A DNA stretch of 64,000 nt from the human T2T-CHM13v2.0 reference genome, Homo sapiens: assembly GCF_009914755.1 (NCBI RefSeq), contig NC_060944.1, one strand, 5' to 3'. The translations under genes and the position numbers were made by a program. Of this stretch, positions 57,701 to 64,000 are shown one piece after another. The notes under the pieces are model-generated. The model worked only from the letters and a program-made list of their open reading frames with translations, was not told the origin of the DNA and ran no database searches. How positions within the stretch are numbered: the first letter of the stretch is position 1; every line of letters starts with the position of its first letter.

Positions 57701-60700
57701 GGAATCAACCCAAGTGGAATGGAATGCAATGGATTTGAATGGAATTACCCCGAGAGAAATGGAATGGAAAGGAACGGAATAGAATTTAATGGAATGGAAT
57801 GGAATGGAATGGAATGGAATCAACCCGAGTGGAATGGAATGGATTGGAATGGAATGGAATGGAATCCACCAGAGGGGAACGGAATGGAATGGAATGGAAT
57901 GGAATGGAATGGAATGGAATGGAATGGAATGGAATGGAGTGGAATCAACCTAAGTGGAATGGAATGGAATGGAATGGAATGGAATGGAATGGAATGGAAT
58001 GGAATGGAATGGAATGGTATGGAATGGAATGGAATGGAATGGAATTTAATGGATTGGAATCAAACCGAGTGGAATGGAATGGAATGGAATGGCATGGCAT
58101 GGAATAGAATGGAATGGAGTGGAATACAATCAATCTGAGTGGAATGGAAAGGAATGGAAAGGAATGGAATTGAATGGAATGGATTGGAATGGAATAGAAT
58201 AGAGTCAACCAGAGTGGAATGGAGTGGAATGGACCGGAATGGAATGGAATGGAATAAACCCGATTAGAATGCAATGGAAGGGAATATAATCGAATGGAAT
58301 GGAATGGCATTGAATGGGATCAACACCAGTGGAATGGAGTAGAATGGAATGGATTGGAATGGAATGGAATCCACCCGAGAGGAATGTATTGCAAAGGAAT
58401 GGAATGGAGTGGAATCAACCTGAGTCGAATGGAATGTTATGGAATGAAATGGAATGGAATGGAATGGTATGGAATGGAATGAAATGGAATGGAATGGAAA
58501 GGAAAGGAATGCCATAGAATCAAAACGAGTGGAATGGAATGGAATGGAAAGGAATGGAATGGAATTCATTAGAATCAACCCGAGTGGAATGGAATGGAAA
58601 GGAATTGAATGGAATAGAATGGAATGGAATCCAATCAAGTGTAAAGGAATGGAATGGAATGGAATGGAATGGAAAGGAATGGAATGGAATGTACAGGAAT
58701 GGAATAAATCCGATTGGAATGGAATGGAATGCAATGTAATATGATGGAAAGGAATGGAATACACCCGAATGGAATGACAAGGAATGGAATGTAATGGAAT
58801 GGTATGGATTGGAATGGAATCAACACAAGTGGAATGGAAAGGAATGGAATGGAATGGAATGGAATCGAATGGAATGGAATGGAATTGATTGGAATCAACC
58901 CGCGTAGAATGCAGAGGATTCGAATAGAAAGGAATGAACCCGAGAGGAATGGAACGGAATGGAAAGGAAGGGAACGGAATGGAATGGAGTGGAATGGAAT
59001 GGGATGGAACGGAATGAACTGTAGTGGAATGCAACGGAATGGAAAGGAATGGAATAGAATGGAATGGAATGGAATGGAATGGAATGGAATGGAATGGAAT
59101 GGAATGGAATGGAATGCAATGGAATGGAATGAAATGAAATGGAACGGAATCAACCCGAGTGGAATGGAATGGAATGGAATGGAATCAAACTGAGAGGAAT
59201 GGAATGGAATGCAATGAAATGGTATGGAATTGTTGGAATGGAATGGAATGGACTCAAAACGAGTGGAATGGAATGGAATGGAAATCAATGGAATGGATTG
59301 GAATGGAAACAACCCGAGTGGAATGGAATGGAATGCAATGGAATGGTATGGAATGGTATGGAATGGAATGGAATGGAATGGAATGGAATGGAATCAAAAC
59401 GAATGGAATGGAATGGAATGGAACGGAATGGAATAGATTGGAATCCAACCGAGTGGAATATAATGTAATGGAATGGTATGGAATGCAATGGCATAGCATG
59501 GAATGCAATGGAATAGAGTGCAATGGAATGAAATGGAATGGAATTGAATGGAATGGATTCGAATGCGTTCAAATGGAATCGAATGGAATCAAGTGGAATG
59601 GAAAGGAATGGAATGGAATGGAATCAATTAGATTGGAATGGAATGGAATGGAATGGATTGCAATGGAATGTAATGGAAAGGAATCAACCCGTGTGGAATG
59701 TAATGGAAAGGAATGCAATGGAATGGAATCAAGAAAAGTGGAATGGAAGGGAATGGAAAATAATGGAAGGGAAAGGAATGGAATGCAATGGAGTCAACCG
59801 AAATTGAATCGAATTGAATGGAATACAATGGAATAGAATGAAATGGAACGGAATCGTATGGAATGGGATGGGATGGAATGGAATTACACCGAGTGGAGCG
59901 GAATGGAATTGAATGGAATGGAATGGAATAAATTGGAATGGAATGGAATGGAATGCAATGGAATGGAATCAACCCGTGTGGAATGGAATGGAATGGAATG
60001 GAGTGGAAAGCAATTGAAAGGAATGCAATCAACCCGTGTGGAATGGAATGGAATGGAATGGAATGGAGTGGAAAGCAATTGAATGGAATGGAATCAACCA
60101 GACTAGAATGGAATTGAATAGAATGGAATGGAATGGAATCAACCCGAGTGCAATGGAATGGAATGGAAACAACCCGAGTGAAATGGAATGGAAAGCTACG
60201 GAATGGAATGATTTGGAATCAAACCGAGTGGAATGGAATGGAAGGAATGGAATGGAATGGAACGGAATGAAATCAACCCGAATGGAATGGAATGGAATGG
60301 AATGGAATGGAATGGAATGGAATGGAATGGAATGGAATGGAATGGGATGGAATAGAATGGAATGGAGTGGATTAGAATCAATCTGAATGGAATGGAAAGG
60401 AATGAAAAGGAATGCAATTGAATGGAATGGAATGGAATGGAATGGAATGGAATTTAATAGAATCAACCAGAGTGGAATGGAGTGGAATGGAACGGAATGG
60501 AATGGAATGGAATGGAATAAAACCGAGTAGAATGCAATGGAAGGGAATGGAACCAAATGGAATGGAATGGCATTGAATGGGATCAACACGAGTGGAATGG
60601 AATGGAATGGAATGGAATGGATTGGAATTGAATGGAATCCACCAGAGTGGAATATAATGGAAAAGAATGGAATGTAGTGGAATCAACCCGAGTGGGATGG

Positions 60701-63700
60701 AATCGTATAGATTGAAATGGAATGGAATGGAATGCTATGGAATGGAATGGAATGGAATGGAAAGGAAAGGAATGCAATGGAATCAAAACGAGTGGAATGG
60801 AATGGAATGGAAAGGAATGGAATGGAATTCAATAGAATCAACCAGAGTGGAATGGAATGGAAAGGAATTGAATGGAATGGAATTGAATGGAATGGAATCC
60901 AATCCAGTGTAAGGAAATGGAATTGAATGGAATGGAATGGAATGGAATGGAATGGACTGTAATAAATTCGAGTGGAATGGAATGGAATGCAATTTAATAT
61001 AATGGAAATCAACGGAATCCAACCGAATGGAATGGAAAGGAATGGAATGGAATGGAATGGAATGGAATGGAATGGAAAGGAATGGAATGTATTGGAATGG
61101 AATCAACTCCAGTGCAATGGAAAGGAATGGAATGGAATGAAATGGAATGGAATGGAATGGAATGGAATGGAATGGAATGGAATGGAATGCAATGGAAAGG
61201 AATGGAATCAACCCGAGATTAATGGAATGGAATGGAATGCAATGGAATGGAATGGAATCAACATGAGTGGAATGCAACAGAATGGAATGGAATGGAATGG
61301 AATGAAATGGATTGGAATCAACCCACTTGGAATGCAGTGGATTCAAATGGAACGGAATCAACACGAGAGGAATGAAATGGAATGGAATGGAATGGAAAGG
61401 AATGGAATGGAGTGGAATGGAATGGGATGTAATGGAATGGAATGGAATGGGATGGGATGGAATGGAATGGAATGGAATGGAATGGAATGGAACGGAATGG
61501 AATGGAATGGAATCAACCCTAGTGGAATGGAACGGAATGGAATGGAATGGAATGGAATGGAATGGAATGGAATCAACCTGAGTGGAATGGAATGGAATGC
61601 AATGAAATGGTATGGAATGATTGGAATGGAATGGAATGGACTCAAAACGAGTGGAATGGAATGGAATGGAAACGAATGGAACGGAAAGGAATGTTAACAA
61701 ACCGAGTGGAATGGAATGGAAAGCAATGGAATGGCATGGAATGGAATGGAATGGAATGGAATGGAATGGAATGGAATGGAACAGAATGGAAAGAAAACGA
61801 GTGTAATGGAATGGATTCGAATGGAATGGAATAGATTGGAATCAAACAGAGTGGAATGGAATGCAATGAAATGGAATCGAATGCAATGGGATGGAATGCA
61901 ATGGCATGGAATGGAGTGGAATGGAATGGAATTGAATGCATTGGAATGGAGTCGAAAGGAATCAAATGGGATGAAAGGGAATGGAATGGAATGGAATAAA
62001 TTAGATTGCAATGCAATGGAATGGAATGGAAAGTAATGGAATGGAATGGAATGGAATCAACACCTGTGGAATGTAACGCAAACGAATGGAATGGAATGCA
62101 ATGGAATCAACAAAAGTGGAATGGAAGGGAATGGAATAGAATGGAATGGAATGGAATGCAATGCAATGAAGCCAACCCAAGTGGAATAGAATGGAATGGA
62201 ATTCGATGGAGTGGAATGAAAGGGAATGGAATGGAATGGGATGGAATGGAATTAAACTGAACGGAGTGGATTGGAATTGAATGGAATGAAATGGACAGGA
62301 ATACAATGGAATGGAATCAACCCGTGTCGAATGCAATGGAATGGAATGGAATGGAATGGAATGGAACGGAATGGAATGGAAAGCAATTGAATGGAATGGA
62401 ATCAACCAGAGTGGAATGCAACGGAATGGAATGGAATGGAATGGAATGGAATGGAATGGAATGGAATGGAATCAACCAGAGTGGAATGGAATGGAATGGA
62501 ATGGAATGGAATGGAATGGAATGGGATCAACCAGAGTGAAATGGAATGGAAAATTAAGGAATGGATTGGAATGGAATGGAATGCAATGGAATCAACCCGA
62601 TTGGACTGGAATGCAATGGAATGGAATGGAATGAAATGGAGTCAAACCGACTGGAAGGGAATGGAATGGAATGCAATGGAATCAACTCGAATGGAATGGA
62701 ATGGAATGGAATGGAATGGAATGGATTGGAATGGAATGGAATGGAATGGATTCAGTGTGAGAGGAATGGAATGGAAGGGAGTGGAATGGAATAGAACGAA
62801 ATGGAATAGAATGGAACGGAATGCAATGGAATGGATTGAAATGGAATGGAAAGGAATAAAATCAAGTGAAATTGGATAGAATGGATTGGAATGGAATGGA
62901 ATGGAATGGAATGGAATGGAATGGAATCCACCCAAGTGCAATGGAATGGATTTAAATGGATTGGAATGAAATGGAATGGAATGGAATGGAATGGACTTCA
63001 CACGAGTGCAATGGAATGGAATGGAATGGAACCAACCCGAGTGGAATGGAATGGAATGGAAATTAATGGAATGGAATAGAATGGAATCAACCCGAGTGGA
63101 ATGGAATGGAATGCAATGAAATGGTTTGGAATGGTATGGAATGGAATGGAATGGAATGCAATGGAATGGAATCAAAGCGAGTGGAATGGAATGGAATGAA
63201 ATGGAATGGAATGGAATCAACACGAGTGGAATGGAAGGGAATGGAATGGGATGGGATGGAATGGAATGGAATGCAATGCAATGGAATCAACCCGAGTAGA
63301 ATGGAAAGGAATGGAATGGAATGGAAAGGAATGGAATGGAATGGAATGGAATGGAATGGAATGGAATGGAATGGAATCCACCCGATTACAATGGAAAGGA
63401 ATGGCATGGAATGGAATGGAATGGAATGGATTGGAATGGAATACAAGGGAATGCAATGGAATGGAGTCAACAGGAATGGAATGGAATGGAACCAACACGA
63501 GTGGAATGAAATGGAAAGGAGCGGAATGGACAGGAAAGGAATGGAAAGGAACTGAATGTAATGGAATCGAATGGAGTGGAATTGAATGGAATGAAATGGA
63601 ATCAATGTGAGTGAAATGGAATGGAATGGAACGGAATGGATGGGAATGGAATGGAATGGAATGGAATGGAATGCAATGGAATCAATGAGAGTGCAATGGA

Positions 63701-64000
63701 TGGAATGGAATGGAGCAAATAAAAAGTAATTTATTTGAATGGAATGGAATCAACTGGAATGGAATGGAATGGAATGGAATGGAATGGAATGGAATAGAAT
63801 GCCATGGAATGGAATGGAATGGAATGCCATGGAATGGAATGGAATGGAATTAACAAGAAAGGAAAGGAATGGAATGGAATGGAATGGAATGGAATGGAAT
63901 GGAATGGAATGGAGAAGACGCAAACCGAGTGGAATGGAATGGATTGCAATGGAATGGAAAGGAATGAAATGGAATGCAACGGAATGGAGTGGAATGGAAT
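48792..64000 (+). repeat. ~24.4 kb higher-order repeat unit, copy 3 (partial, ~62%, truncated by window end)
   Basis: Matches copy 1 from position 1 to ~15244; ends just after GGAGAAGACGCAAACCGAG...GCAACGGAATGGAGT. Confidence 0.95.

Larger units (their letters stand above)
1..64000 (+). repeat. Satellite III (HSat3-type) array, (GGAAT)n / (CATTC)n with interspersed CAACCCGAGT decamers; G-rich strand on + throughout
   Basis: GGAAT pentamers dominate every line. Variants GCAAT, GAAAT, GGATT, AGAAT, GGAGT and GGAAA are common. The diagnostic satellite III decamer CAACCCGAGT (e.g. 721, 2280, 8001) recurs every few tens to a few hundred bp. No CATTC-oriented stretch and no non-satellite insert seen. 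Confidence 0.98.

Noticed and set aside
1-64000. CRISPR-like repeat/spacer reading of the recurring CAACCCGAGT decamer
   Set aside because: The repeat is only 10 bp and irregularly spaced, the intervening DNA is GGAAT satellite rather than unique spacers, and there are no cas genes or leader.
1-64000. Telomeric repeat, HSat2 or alpha satellite
   Set aside because: No TTAGGG array, no CATTCGATTC/GATGAT-type HSat2 unit, and no 171-bp monomer or CENP-B box seen.
1-64000. EWS-FLI1-type (GGAA)n microsatellite enhancers or G-quadruplexes
   Set aside because: The period is 5 bp, not tandem GGAA, and G-tracts are almost all GG with only isolated GGG, so there is no canonical G3 quadruplex motif.
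1-64000. Strand inversion or large palindrome
   Set aside because: No CATTC-oriented segment on the + strand; only 6-bp chance palindromes (GAATTC, CCATGG, TTCGAA).
1-64000. Assignment to a specific chromosome or subfamily (DYZ1, D15Z1, 9q12)
   Set aside because: No homogeneous 3.5 kb or 1.8 kb period; placement needs k-mer comparison with reference arrays, which I cannot run.

Overview
The whole 64 kb is one uninterrupted, single-orientation array of classical satellite III (HSat3-type): diverged (GGAAT)n pentamers punctuated by the in-phase decamer CAACCCGAGT and its variants. It is most likely human or great-ape pericentromeric or acrocentric heterochromatin; the chromosome and subfamily cannot be fixed from sequence alone. 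I see no genes, RNA genes, transposons or CRISPR. All listed ORFs (MEWNG/HSIPF repeats) arise because the pentamer has no stop codon in any frame. The real signal is a layered repeat architecture. (1) A near-identical ~24.4 kb higher-order repeat is present in ~2.6 copies (1-24403, 24404-48791, 48792-end). (2) Each unit is a rearranged dimer sharing blocks A-B-C with reciprocal missing segments. (3) Each unit carries a ~1.8 kb tandem duplication. (4) An older ~2.3 kb motif cycle underlies these. (5) Small 15-60 bp duplications and a fixed set of ~23 pentamer phase breaks recur per unit. All comparisons were made by eye with landmark k-mers, so block edges are approximate.
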